This document shows positions 1 to 11,978 of a stretch of 40,611 bases of DNA, piece after piece (the stretch's first letter is position 1; each line of letters starts with the position of its first letter). Position numbers and translations under genes: made by a program. The stretch is from Piedraia hortae CBS 480.64 (Eukaryota). The notes beneath the pieces are model-generated. The model had not been told where the DNA came from. It searched no databases and was given only the letters and a program-made list of their open reading frames with translations. The DNA is taken from assembly GCA_010093745.1 (NCBI GenBank), contig MU006046.1, forward strand, positions 1 through 40,611, written 5' to 3'.

Positions 1-252
1 TGTGGAGGTGGACTCGAAGCCACTGCTGGGACTGGTAGAACTGGATGTGTCTGATTCGAAGCTGCAGGTGTTGCTGCTTGAAGACATTCATGCGGTTGGT
101 GATGAAGGAAGGAGGGAATTCGCGTATGAACGTAATGATCTAAGTGTAGCGTTGTGCGCACGTAGGAAAACAAAGTGTGACAGAAAGCACGAAATTTATG
201 GAATTAGGGAACTAAGGGGCTATATTTGTAGACGGAGACCCTCAAAGGGGTC

Positions 253-1450
253 TCAGCCTCCGTCCATGGAGTCAGCAAACTCTTCCTTGTTAAGGGGCAA
301 GAACTTAGAAAAGCTTCTCAGAGAGGCGAGGGCAGCTTCTTCGATAGTCTGGCCTGACCATTTTTCCAAGGCTGAAAGTCCTTTGCAGATATTTGACGTC
401 GTGGGAATGAACGAAAGGCCCAGGTACTTGGACCAGTGGCCCCGCTCACGCTTGACATCTGCGATGATTTTGTCCAAATCGTTCCTCTCCCGCCTACTGT
501 TAGGATCGTGGCATGGCTGAGGCAACAGGAATCGGCCAACCCCCGAGCGCGACTCTTCAACTGAAAGAGTGTTTTTCTTGCCCTCTATGACCTTGATGAT
601 GGCTTTCTTGAATGCGAAATTTTCAACGATCCTGGCATGTTCGTCCCGGTACGGCCTGAATCAGGGGTAATCGAGCATCATTTCATCTAACAAGATTCTG
701 GCCTCATAGAGGGTCAAGTCCTCTCTTTGCAGGTATTTTGTCACCCTGTCAAGTTTAAAAAAAAAAAATCGCAAGCCTTGTGTTGCAGGCTTCTTCAAGT
801 GTCCTGTGATGCAAAGGCTTTGGCAGAAGCTCTGCGATCTTAGGGTCCTGCTTTTCCAGGAAAGAAAGCATCTCCCCAAAAAGTCTGATCATTTCAAACG
901 TCGACAGTCAGCGCGTCGTATTGCGCTTCTTCGGGGCCAGGGCGGTGTATCGACGCAGTTTCGATGACTGCTTGGACGTGTCGAAGTACTTCATCAGCTG
1001 GTGTATCTGATCCAGCTCCTCGTAAGAAAAGGCCAAGTAAGCGTCCACCGCGATGTTGAACCGATGGTTGACCGGGATCTGTGAACCCCTGGCAAACTTA
1101 CGGTTTGTGGAGCAGTTATTCCCGACAATCAGGAAGACACCACTCATGGATCTATTGTACTCTGCGAAGATCTCGTTAAACGTGCCCCGATGGGTGATGG
1201 CACCGTAGCTTCACTCGTCTTTGAAGCCACGGCATGCGATCATCGGAGATTCCTTCTTTCCGTCAACAGAGTAGACGGCAAATATCCCAAGATAATGGTG
1301 GGAGTCTTGCTTCCAGCCGTTCAATATAAGGCTAAACTCACGAGGCAGCCTCTGCCTGATGGACGCACCAACCTCATCACGCACCACCATGCAGTACTTG
1401 CGGATGGTTTCGCGGCTGATCGTGTCTACGTTGGCTATGGCTTTCTACGC
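253..1450 (-). mobile_element. Degenerate hAT-like DDE transposase remnant
   Basis: Minus-strand fragments in order: 'ISRETIRKY..LPREFSLILNGW..HYLGIFA', 'FLIVGNNCSTNRKFA..HRFNIAV..LMK..KLR..LAPKKRNTTR', 'VTKYLQREDLTLYEARILLD', 'FIPTTSNIC'. They match hAT motifs (DGW, GDN, RW, dimerisation-domain P(T/S)SxxxER) from memory and are broken by stops and frameshifts. Confidence 0.7.
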
Positions 1451-2578
1451 GGGTATTTCAAGGCAGGACAGGGCAGTATCAGAGTAGCGCATCTAACGTC
1501 GTGTCTCCTTCAACGAGATGAGATAAACTGAACCTAAAAGCTCCACGAAATGTACGGTCGAATGCAAGGAAACTCCCCGATTGGGCGCCTGTCATGACCG
1601 TTGGGTTCATCACTAGACTTAGCGCGCACCTAAATTTTCACAACACCGTAACTCATCATCTAAACACTGTTCCAAAAGTTGTAACCGTTTATCCAGCGCT
1701 CCAGTGATCCATACTGATATGTGCACCGTTTCACTTTGGTATGGATGTTCCGTGGTAGCCACGATATGACAGCTATGGCAGCTAGCTGAGGCTGGACTGG
1801 GTAGCGGCGAGCTGAGGCTGAGCAAAGAACTAGCTGATGCTACAATGAATGGAAGAGGAACGATGATGCGAATGGGAAAGAGAGATGCATACGTCTCCCT
1901 TCTGGGGATGATCCCTCGGCTAAGTACTCAGGTAAAGACGAGTCCCGGAGGGGATAGTGCACAGCGCGCATAATAAAAGGAACAATGTATGAAAACATGA
2001 TATGCGGGGACCAGCTTCACAGCAAGTGCGTCCGACGCTGTATCCGATTCAAGTAGTGAGAATAGGAATGGGGCGTGGCGCGAAAGACGATGTTGTTTGT
2101 ATCACCTTGCTACCAAGACTTTCGAGGGGCGAAGTTGCTTGTCACCTGAACCCTTTGGAACTATCTCCGACTGTGTATCTACAATGCACTTATCGCGGCT
2201 CCCCCTTTGACTTTCAAACGGTATCATACCAATGGAGTGTGAATGCCTCGTCCTCACCTTAAAGAAACAAGGTGTTGCGATTGTCTATTATGGCCAATGT
2301 TACTCGAGAAGGTCATTCTACAGGATCTCTCCAATTTCTTCCCAGGTAATCTAGCCGGGGCAACCCTGTCTGCTTGCCTGCGCATGCCTATGGTACATGC
2401 ATATGCCTCATTAGTGAAATTCGCTCGTACATGCTAACAGTAGGCTCATGCATGCACCCCACTCTTATCCCGCTTGATCAAAGCTCAGCCTTGAACACGG
2501 CAAAGCCTTGCAACAGCTTTCTTCATGCCAAACCTTCTCAAACTGCCCCTCTCTCATTGCCATTTAAACGTGCTCAGG

Positions 2579-5500
2579 ATGCCCGGATGCTGGGTGTCCT
2601 TCAAAGCGATTTGTGAATCACTGGTCTCGAAATTACGACCTCACAAATCAAAAAAATCAAAAGATGCCACGCCAAAGGCTCCAGCTCCCGCCTCACGGCA
2701 TCTCCAAACTTTGCGGTCAAACAATACGCCGGTAGAGGTGTCGCGTCCCGATCCACAGCCCTCACAGCCTTCGCAGTCAGAAAGTGCGCCTGTGGAAGCT
2801 GAAGCTTCCACTTCACAGACCTCACAGCCTTCACAGCCAAGCAATGCACTTGCAGAGGCTTCAGCTTCTGTTCCGCAGCCTTCGCAGTCGAATAATGTGC
2901 CTGTAGATGCGTCCCCTCCCGCTTCACAACCATTGCAGCCTTCGCTGCCAAACAATGCACTTTCAGAGGCTTCAGCTTCTGTTCCGCAGCCTTCGCAGTC
3001 AAGCAATGTGCCTGTAGATGCGTCCCCTCCCGCTTCACAGCCGTCGCAACCATTGCAGCCAAACAGTATACCAGCGGAAGTGTTGGCATCTAGCCCACGG
3101 TCCTTGCAGCCCTTGCAGCCATCACAGCCAAACACTACGCTTGTAGAGGCTTCATCTGAGGAGGCAGCTTCGGGATATTCTTTTCCAGACCAGCGGCAGT
3201 TAAGATTAGATGCTTTTGCTAGCATTTCACCGGACAATCGCAAGCTTGTTGAGGAGCACGTCGATTTGAATAATGATCTTGACATTGACGCCGCCAAAGT
3301 CCAAGCCTTGAGAGGCGTGAATCAGAGAAAACGTACCCACCAATGGATGGACAAGATGAAAAAGATTTCCTCGCATATCATGAATTTTGCGTCGGTGTTT
3401 GATGTGGGGACTAATGTCCAACCGGAGGTGCTTAGCTTGCCGTGGGCTGGTATCCGGTCTGTCTTGATGGTAAGGAGTCGACATCATCATCTGCGATCCT
3501 GGTTGACACCATTCTTTAGGTGGCTCATGAGGCTCACAAGCAGAGCGAATCAATTTTGGGGGGTATCGTAACGGTGCTAGATACCAACACTCTCCTTTCC
3601 GCGTACTTTTCCATCTACGGTCAGGTCGGTGGAACGCCCAAAATTCAAGATAAAAGTATTTCCAAACTTTACCGTGATCTGTACAACAGTATCGTCAAAC
3701 TTTACGGTCTCATTCTGGTATTCTTGGCGCAATCCCGAGTCATATGCGACAAAAACCCGCTGAAACAAGCCATACGCTCTCTGACTGATCAAATCATACC
3801 AGATTTCAGGAATGAACACGACAGGATGCTGAAAACTGTTGAATACCATCGTCAAGTTGTGAATGACATGGTCTCAAAGGAGCAGCGGGCTTGGGTCGAG
3901 GAGCAGCTTAAGGCGTTGGAGAAGGCCCAAGCAGAGATCAATCAGGGAGTCAAGGGCGTTCGAAAATTTCTAGATCTTAGTGCTCTTCAATGCGCTGAGA
4001 AGGCGGCCTACGACTCGAGGGACTACAGTGGTGACAACCTGGATGGTGACTTTCAGTTGTGTCTAGAGGGTACCCGAGTCGATATCATAGAGACCATACG
4101 AAATTGGGCCACCACCGACAATGAGCAAAGGGTATTCTGGCTATCCGGGAAAGCTGGAACGGGTAAATCCACAATTGCTCGAACCGTTGCCCATAAATTG
4201 GCGGAACAGGGGTATTTGGTGGGCAGCTTCTTTTTCAAGCGCGGCGTCGGCGACAACCTGAGCAATGCTCCATATCTGTTTCCCACCCTTGCCCATCACA
4301 TGGCCGATTTGATACCTAGCATCGGCGACAGAATTGCTGACGTCTCTAGCCGTGCAAATTCAAAGGCCTTGAAAGAGCAGTTCGAGATGCTCATTGAGGG
4401 ACCGCTTTCAGGGTATAACACGGGGTCTGCAACCGATGTCAGGGCGATTGTCATCGATGCACTTGATGAATGCGACGCCAGAGAAGGTGTAGGGCAAGCC
4501 ATGAAATTTTGGCCGTTGCTTAGTGCTCATACCTCTATGAACCTGAGGGTATTCGTGACGAGTCGGTCGGACAATGCGATTTGGCGCAAGCTCGGCCAAT
4601 TGGATCCCAAGTATTTTCAGTACAGAAAGCTTGAAAACTGGCAATCGAGTACCATCAAGGATGACCTAAGACGGTATTGCGAGATTGAGCTGGAGAAGAT
4701 TCGCGAGGAGCGCAAGAATAATATGATTCCTGATAAACTAGGAAATGAATGGCCGGGAGAAGGTGTTGTCAACAGGCTGGTTGAGATATCTCAGCCACTA
4801 TTCATCGCGGCTTCAACAATCCTTAGGGGTGCAAGAAATGATCCAGCACGTCTTCAAGATCGAGTAAACGAGCTCAAATCTACCGGTACAGATGCGCTGG
4901 CCGCGATCTATCTGGACATTTTGAATCAAGCTGCTCTCGACGCCAAGTGGCCGAATTGTTTCGGCCAGGTCATCAAGCCACTCGCTCTTCTTCATTCTTC
5001 TCTCACCATTCCGGCACTTGAGGATCTCTTGGGAGGGAATGCTATGGTTGCTAAAGCTCTCAATCCCTTGAGTTCGGTAATCGACTTCCCGACTGGACAG
5101 GAGGTGGGAACAGGCTCTCGGGCCACGGTACGGATTTATCATGAATCCTTCCGAGACTTTCTGATGGCTTCCAATTCTAAGGACAAATCCCAGTTCTCCA
5201 TCGACAAAGGCGAGACCCACGGCATTCTCCTAACGAGATGTCTATATTTGCTCAAGAACAAGCTCGAACGCGACGTCTGCAAGCAGAAAGACCCAGCAAC
5301 AGAACGCAAAGGCGTACCCGCCGAGGATGTCGAGAAGCACATCCCAGAGTCCGTACAGTATGCCTGCCGCTACTGGACCAGCCATGCAGTCAAAAGCAAC
5401 AAGACACTCGAAGTTGTCGAAGCAGTGGATCATTTCTTGCGTGAAGGTTTCCTTTACTGGACAGAGACAATGGCGTGGCTGGACAAGCTTGGGGAAATGA

Positions 5501-7716
5501 TAATATGCCTGAAGCAGCTGCAAAAGGTCATCGACGTATGTATCGCTTCCGTTTCCGTCTGCCAAAAGCATGCCTAACCCTGCGCAGTCGAAATCTTCGC
5601 CCAAGCTACACGCCTTTGTCGCCGATGCTCTGAGATGGGTCCCAGCAAGTCGAGATATGATCAGCGATGCACCGCTTCAGACATATCTCTCAGCACTGGC
5701 TTTTGCGCCGAGCAACAGTATCGTACGAAACACCTTCTGGCATGAAGTGGAAGATTTCTTGCAAGTTTGGGCGCCAGTCGCGACTGATTGGGGCTTTGAG
5801 TTGCAAACCCTGAGGGGGCATACTGGAAGGATACTGTCGATAACGCCTTCAATCGACGGGAGACGGCTTGTCACCGTTGCCGAGGACAACACAGTGCGAC
5901 TATGGGATGTTGAAAGCGGCACCGAAGAAAAACGTACGGAAGTTGTAATAAGTGTGGTCCAAACGTCGTCAGTAGGTTATCTTCGCGACGCCGCTTCAGC
6001 GTTCCCTGAAAAAGACATTGTGGTCATTGCCGAGTTGACCGGAGGTTATTGGAGGTGGAACTTGGAAGACGACGCCAGGCCAATTAATATCAAACTGCCA
6101 GGCGTTGCAGCAAGCGTTTCCGTCTCTCCGAACGGCCGATATGCCGCTTGGGGCTTGGACACCGGCGAGATTTACATCTGGGACGCCGATGAGGACGCCG
6201 GACAGGTGCTCAAGGGTCATAAGTCTCGAGTGCGGTGCCTGCACTTCTCGTCGGATAGTGAGACGCTGGTGTCGGGATCCACAGACATCTGGAAATGGAG
6301 CCCACAAGCTGCGCATAAGATGGTATACCAAGTTGGTGCTGATATCGAGCGCATCGCCATTTCGCCAAACCGCAAGTTCGTTGTCTTTTGTGCTGGCACG
6401 AGAGTTGCGTATCGCTTGGAAAACAGCACGAAAGTTGTGTATCCCTTGGAAAACGGCACGATATCGGTGTTTCACTGCACCACCCACCAAGTGGACCAGA
6501 TCAAGCGAAATTCTCGTGTCTATTCTCTCATGGTTACGCCAGACAGCCAGAATATTTTGTTTTTTGACGGGTCTAGTCTTTTTCTCTACGACTTTCAAAC
6601 GCAACAAAAGCCGATGAAGCTGCGATTGCGAAGCGGCGTCACAGCCATGACATCATCGCCCGACGGGAAGACAATCTGGGCGGGGTATGAAAGTGGACAA
6701 ATTACACAGCTGGACCTGCATCTACTCTTGAAGAGCCCGCAGCATCGGGCTGGCGACACTGAAGTCGCACTGTCAACCGATGGACGATCACTCGCCTCAT
6801 TGACTCAGGGAAACCAGCTCAGCCTTTGGAACATTGAAACGCGAATATGCGAACGGCGGTTAACAGATCACAGGCTTCCGAAACCTGATTACCCCGGATC
6901 CTGATCTCATCGGACAGTCGTTTCGTGGTTGTTGCCTCCCTATACCAATCCTCGGACAAGGCGGTTTTGATTTGGGACACGGATGCAGATGAACTGAGAG
7001 AGTTAAAAGACAGACCGAGATATATTACTGCTCTTGCGTTATCCGCAGACAACAAAACACTCCTTTGCGGTTTGCGCGACGATCAGATACGGGCTATTGA
7101 TCTGGAACGTGGACTTTTGCGAGAAGAATTCCCCGGTCATACGGAACGGATCTGGGATATAGCGATTTCTCCAGATGGGCAGAACTTTGCATCGGCATCA
7201 GGCGATGACACAATAAGGATCTGGGGACCGAAGTCACAAAACCCGCAGGTACTGAGCTCTGAAAAAGAAATGTATGGGGCATGTTTCTCAGCAGACGGTC
7301 GGATGCTCTACACTCATGACTCCAAGGATTGCATATCTGAATGGGACATTGAAAAGGCGTGCATTGTGCGCACACTCGATCGGGGCTGTTATGGTGGTTC
7401 GATACTTATCGATGGTCGCGTCGTGTCGTCAACGTTCCTGCCTGTCGTGGACAGCTTAGTAGCCAACGAAGACAATCAGCCCCAAACGCAGACGGACTCT
7501 TCCGCCTCGACAAGCTCAACTTCGATGTTCCAAGACCGACAAATCTGCGCCTTGGACGATACACATCCTTGGATCACTGTCAATGGTCGGAAGATGTTAA
7601 ACCCCCACGGCCAGCTGCGACATTATGGTTGGTTCTCGTGCGGACGAACAATGGTTTTCTCCAACGAAGAGACTGGTTTTACTGTTTTATATTTTACGGG
7701 CAAAGTCTCCTTCTGA
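2579..7716 (+). CDS. NACHT-WD40 NLR (HET-E/NWD-like), copy A; apparent 1-nt frameshift at ~6892-6895
   Basis: Walker A GKAGTGKST, 'GSFFFKRG', Walker B IVIDALDEC, 'VFVTSR', 'IYHESFRDFL', 'YACRYW', and WD40 repeats (GH..WD). Introns 3470-3519 (GTAAGG..TTGAC..TAG) and 5536-5587 (GTATGT..CTAAC..CAG) join the ORFs in frame. Start is 2579, or the in-frame ATG at 2525. Confidence 0.9.
2720..3150 (+). repeat. Coding tandem repeats (P/S/Q-rich) in the NLR N-terminus
   Basis: About 8 units of 17-20 aa, N-x-(P/L)-(V/A)-(E/D)-A-S..QPSQPSQ. A higher-order 111-bp duplication spans ~2843-2953 / 2954-3064. Confidence 0.9.
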
Positions 7717-9071
7717 ATAAAACTGAACCTGTTCAAATTTCCAACGGTCCCGATTCCTTTACTGAGCGATACAGTCAGTCTGTGCTGCTAAATTTGTAGC
7801 TTTTTCTTGAGCCTGCCATGAAAGCTTCCATAGGGAGAAGCAATGCAATTCACGATATGGTCATCGCCGCCAGACCATATGAAGAAGGGCCTTGTTGAAT
7901 TCCTTTAGAGGCAGATGCCAGTACTCAGCCGCGTCGTGCTGTGGATGTCTCCACGCTCTGTGGTGGTGTTGGGTGCGCCGGGATTCCATGTGCATTTGCC
8001 ATGATCGGCATCTGCGCAAGAACTTGGAGGGATATATGGTCATGTGTTTTGGCTGAAATTCTGAAGGGAAGCACTGGGAGTGAAGGAACCGCCGCTCATC
8101 CCAACGCGATCGAATGATCTTCCTGCTGCAAGCGAACGTGCAAAACGGCGGTCCTAATCATGACCTTATACTCATGGCGCATTGATCGGCGCCGCCATAC
8201 TTTATGGTGCAGGAGCCATGGACTGCGTTCGACAGATCCAGCCAGGCATTTCTCACCAAAACCCACCCCGACTATGCCATATTCTTGCCTCTTGGCGAGG
8301 AACATCTCAAACCGAGGGCCGCGACCTACATTCTCAAACCGTCAGGCTTGAGTGGAATGCAGAATGCCCCCAGGGCCTCGCGGGACATCGTCTGGGTCAA
8401 AGCGTTGGGGCACAGCGGCTCGCTGGACGCGGTTAATGTGTACCGGCACGCTGGCACGCGCGCCCCAGATTGCATCCACCAGCTACAGGCTCCAATTGGC
8501 ACCTTCCCTTCGAGAATCGTCATGACAGGCGATTTCAACCTGCGCTCGAGGCTGTGGGAGCCAGGAGCCAGCAAAACCGCTGGGGCACAGCTTTCGCACA
8601 TTAGACGCAGGATAACGACCTCGCCCTGTGCAACACACCTGGAGTTCCTACTCACAACAGAGGTCACACGATAGATCTGGTGTTTTCGAATATCCCACGG
8701 ACCAGGACCGAAGTGGCACCCCACCTGCACAGCACGTCTGACCACGAGAGGCTACTCACCAGGGTCCCCTGCGGAGGCGAGAACGAAAGCCACGCGAAAC
8801 GATCTAGATGCGTCTACAGAGACGGCGACGATGAGGCTCTCAGGGAAGCGTATCCCATCCGCCCGCTACCCGAGGTGACACCCGAACCTGGTTCCATCGA
8901 CGAGCTGGCCACTGCTCTCATAAGCAACATCAAAAGCGCCATGGAAGCGTCGCTACCGAAGAGTAACCCACGGGCGAGGCGCGCCTTGGCGGAACCAGGA
9001 GTGCAAAAATCCCCTAGTGGACTACAAAACACCTCCGAGGGCGAGAGACCCGGGCAGTGCAATAGATGGCA
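4354..9071 (+). repeat. Inverted segmental duplication, arm A (NLR 3' part + spacer + LINE 5' part)
   Basis: Colinear with the reverse complement of 35966-40611. 4354-4448 is identical to the window end, so homology probably extends further outside the window. Confidence 0.95.
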
Positions 9072-11978
9072 AGAAAGTTTTACGAGCCGCAGTGAGACGT
9101 TCCAAGCAACAATTCTGGACCAGACAGATTGGAATTGCGACAGGACAGAGCACCCCTGGAAGGTAGCTGGCTGGCGTAAGCCCAAGCGCCAAGCGGGTTG
9201 CCCTCCAATACAGGACGGTGAGTTCAGTGCAACCACTCCAGCTGAAAAATGTGCGCTCCTCAAGGTCGCGCACTCTCGAGCGAAGATTCCCCGCCGACGA
9301 TGTTCAGGCATGGGATACACCGTCTGTACCCTGTCGGTCTGTCCCCCTTGAGTCGGAAGTCGCTGCGGCCGAGGTCCGGCAGGCCACCATCGGCAGTTGT
9401 GGAAACACGGCTCCGAGAGAGGATGGCATCACGGTAGAAGTCCTGACTGCGCTCTGGGACAAGCTGGAGGAGGGTGTCACTATATTGTTCCAAGCTTCGC
9501 TGAAAACCGGGCACTCTCCCAAGCCCTGCAAAACCGCCGAGGCCGTCATGCTGCCGAAGCCTAACAAAGATCCAAGGACCCCAAAGGGCTGGCGCCCGAT
9601 ATCTTCCTTCTCAAGTCTGAGCAAAGGCCTGGGAGGACTGCTCGCCAAAAGGCTGGCCTTCCTCGCGATTGACCAAAGAGTCCTGCACGAGCAACAATTC
9701 GGCGCGCTCCCAAAGCGGTTCGCTGTGGACTTGGTAGCATGTGCCGTTCACGACGTTGATAAGACACGCAGCGCCAACCAAGAAGCATCCTTCCCTACGC
9801 TAGACGGACGAGGGGCATTCGACTGTGTTCTCGCAGGAAGATTGCAACGGAGTCTGAGAAAACTAGGCTGGCCCGCCTTTTTCGTCAACTGGACCGGATC
9901 CTTTATGACCGAAAGGACATGCAGAGTGCGTCTGCACGGGCATACGGCATAATCAGCTCCCTTGCAATGCGGATTGCCTCAAGGCTCCCCTATATCCCCT
10001 ATCCTATTCCTCCTTTATGTTCAGCCGATAGTTGACAGACGGTGCAGTACCAGCTACGCGGACGGAATCGGAATCCTCACCACCAGCCATGACATCACCC
10101 AGGCCACAGAGCTGCTGAGAGCTGGAAGACGAGGAAATTCAATCCTGGTGTGACGAAAATGCCATCACTCTTGACCCGGGCAAGGTGGAACTGATCCACT
10201 TCTGGCGGAAGCGCGTGCTCCAGTCGCCGTCGATCGTTATCGGCGGAAGGGAGATTCAGCCCACCGATTCTCTGAGCTGGCTATGAGTGTGGCTAGACCC
10301 AGCACTGACCTTCGAGCACCACATCGAAACGTGGGCAGCAAAGGCTACCAAGGCCGGGCACTTTCTCCGCTCCCTCTCAAACACACAGAGAGAAATCCCC
10401 CCAGCTAAAGCTCGACTGGCAGTCACGACATGCGTGCTCCCACTCCTCTCATGTGGCGTGGAAGCCTACTGGCCGGGCCTCGCCCGGAGCATCGGCGATC
10501 CCCAGGTCGGGACAGGCATGAAAACCCAAGTTGCGAAATTGGATAGAGCCCTCCGCCCCTCACTCCGAGCCATCGTACCCTGTTGAAAAACCACCCCATC
10601 CAGTGCACTAACCAGAGAGGCAGGACTGATGGCCATGCACATACACCTCGGAAGTCGATGCGCCATCTTCGCCGCGCGCCTATGCTCGCTCGACTCGTAC
10701 CGCCCGCTAGCTCGCAGAACCCACAGCTCAAACTAATCTTCGCCATCTCGCCTGGCCAGAACCACGGCTCTCGTCCCACCTTGCCCGAGACCTCTCTTAC
10801 ACCCGAGCCCTCCCCCCTTCCACAAGTCAAGACCTTCGAGCCGAATTCGACCCCTCATCCCTCCCATTCCTAAATAAAAGCAGTCCCAAAGTCATTCTCG
10901 CGTTCACAGATGGCTCGAGACGTGAAGAGGGCAGAACGGGATACAGGTTCATCGTATACCAGGGCGGCCACAGAGTCGCGACCGAGGCGAAACCTCTGAG
11001 TGCTCAGTGCAAAGTGTATGACGCAGAGGTAGAGGGCGCTCTGGCCGCTCTGCATGCCATTATGGACCGTGCCTGCACGCATCTGGCCGACAATGCTCTC
11101 CTCCTACTCGACAACCAGGCAGCGGCAGACTGCCTCGGGGACCTTGCGACTCCCTCCGACATCAGTCAAGCCTCAACCCTGGAGTTCCGTAACCTCGCCG
11201 AAAGATGGCTGTCACTCGAAAGGATGGCATTCGTCCAACCCGGCAAAATCCAGATACACTGGCTGCCGGGACACTCAGGCATAGCAGGGAATGAGGTAAC
11301 TGACTCTCTGGCTAAAGCAGGAGCGGCGAGACGCCCCAGTCGAAGGCCAGGCCTCAGAAATCTTCACTCTCTCACATTAGGCGCATTGCTCGGGCATCGC
11401 ACGCGGACCCTTGCGAGCATGGTGGGCAGGGAATGCACCTAGGTCATACCATGACCTCGCAATTGGTATCTCGACCAAGCCGCCGAAGGAACTACAACTC
11501 TCTCGCCCCGTCCTATCTCATCTTGTTGCGTGCAAAACCGGTTACGGCGACTTCGCAGACTATCATAACCGCTTCGATCACCCCGATGCGCTCCGGAACT
11601 GCTCCTGCGGCGCCATTAAGACGCCGACTCGCTTTTTCTTCTGCGAGGAGGGCCGTAGGCATTTAGGGGCTCTGAGATGCTCAGACCCCCGTCTGGGCGT
11701 TTCGTGGATTCTTTCAACTGCGGACGAAGCTCAGGCCTTCCGGCTTTTACTGAAGCACACCAACTTCCTCAACTCTGTATGCCCACAGCGCCAGCTGCAA
11801 AGTCAAGACGAGACGGTCGGCCGGGACGCATAGGAAGACACGGAGAATATTAATTTCTTGAAATGACAGATGAGACCGGTTAGGTAGCTTATACACTGAC
11901 CGCGGGTTTTAACCCCGCCGTCTAGCGCCCCATAGGGACTTATATAGATGTAAAATGCAACCAAAGGAGAAAAAAAAG
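8110..11978 (+). mobile_element. Degenerate Tad1/CgT1-like LINE, ORF2 region (APE endonuclease, RT, RNase H, CCHC)
   Basis: Endonuclease motifs LQANV, QEPW, NVYR, GDFN, SDH. RT motifs WRPIS, QFGALP, GAFD, GLPQGSPISPILFLLY, YADG. RNase H motifs YDAE, DNQAA, WLPGHSGIAGNEVTD. C-terminal CSCG, A-rich tail near 11960-11978. Many stops and frameshifts; no clear ORF1. Confidence 0.9.

Noticed and set aside
2525..2720. Amyloid signalling motif (HET-s R0, PP, sigma) at the NLR N-terminus with an adjacent effector gene
   Set aside because: No N/Q/G-patterned motif at the N-terminus, and no HeLo/HeLL/SesB-type neighbour in the window.
2601..3297. Cys-rich (CEGC)n antisense ORFs resembling metallothionein or ferredoxin
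   Set aside because: These are the antisense shadow of the QPSQ repeats in the NLR.
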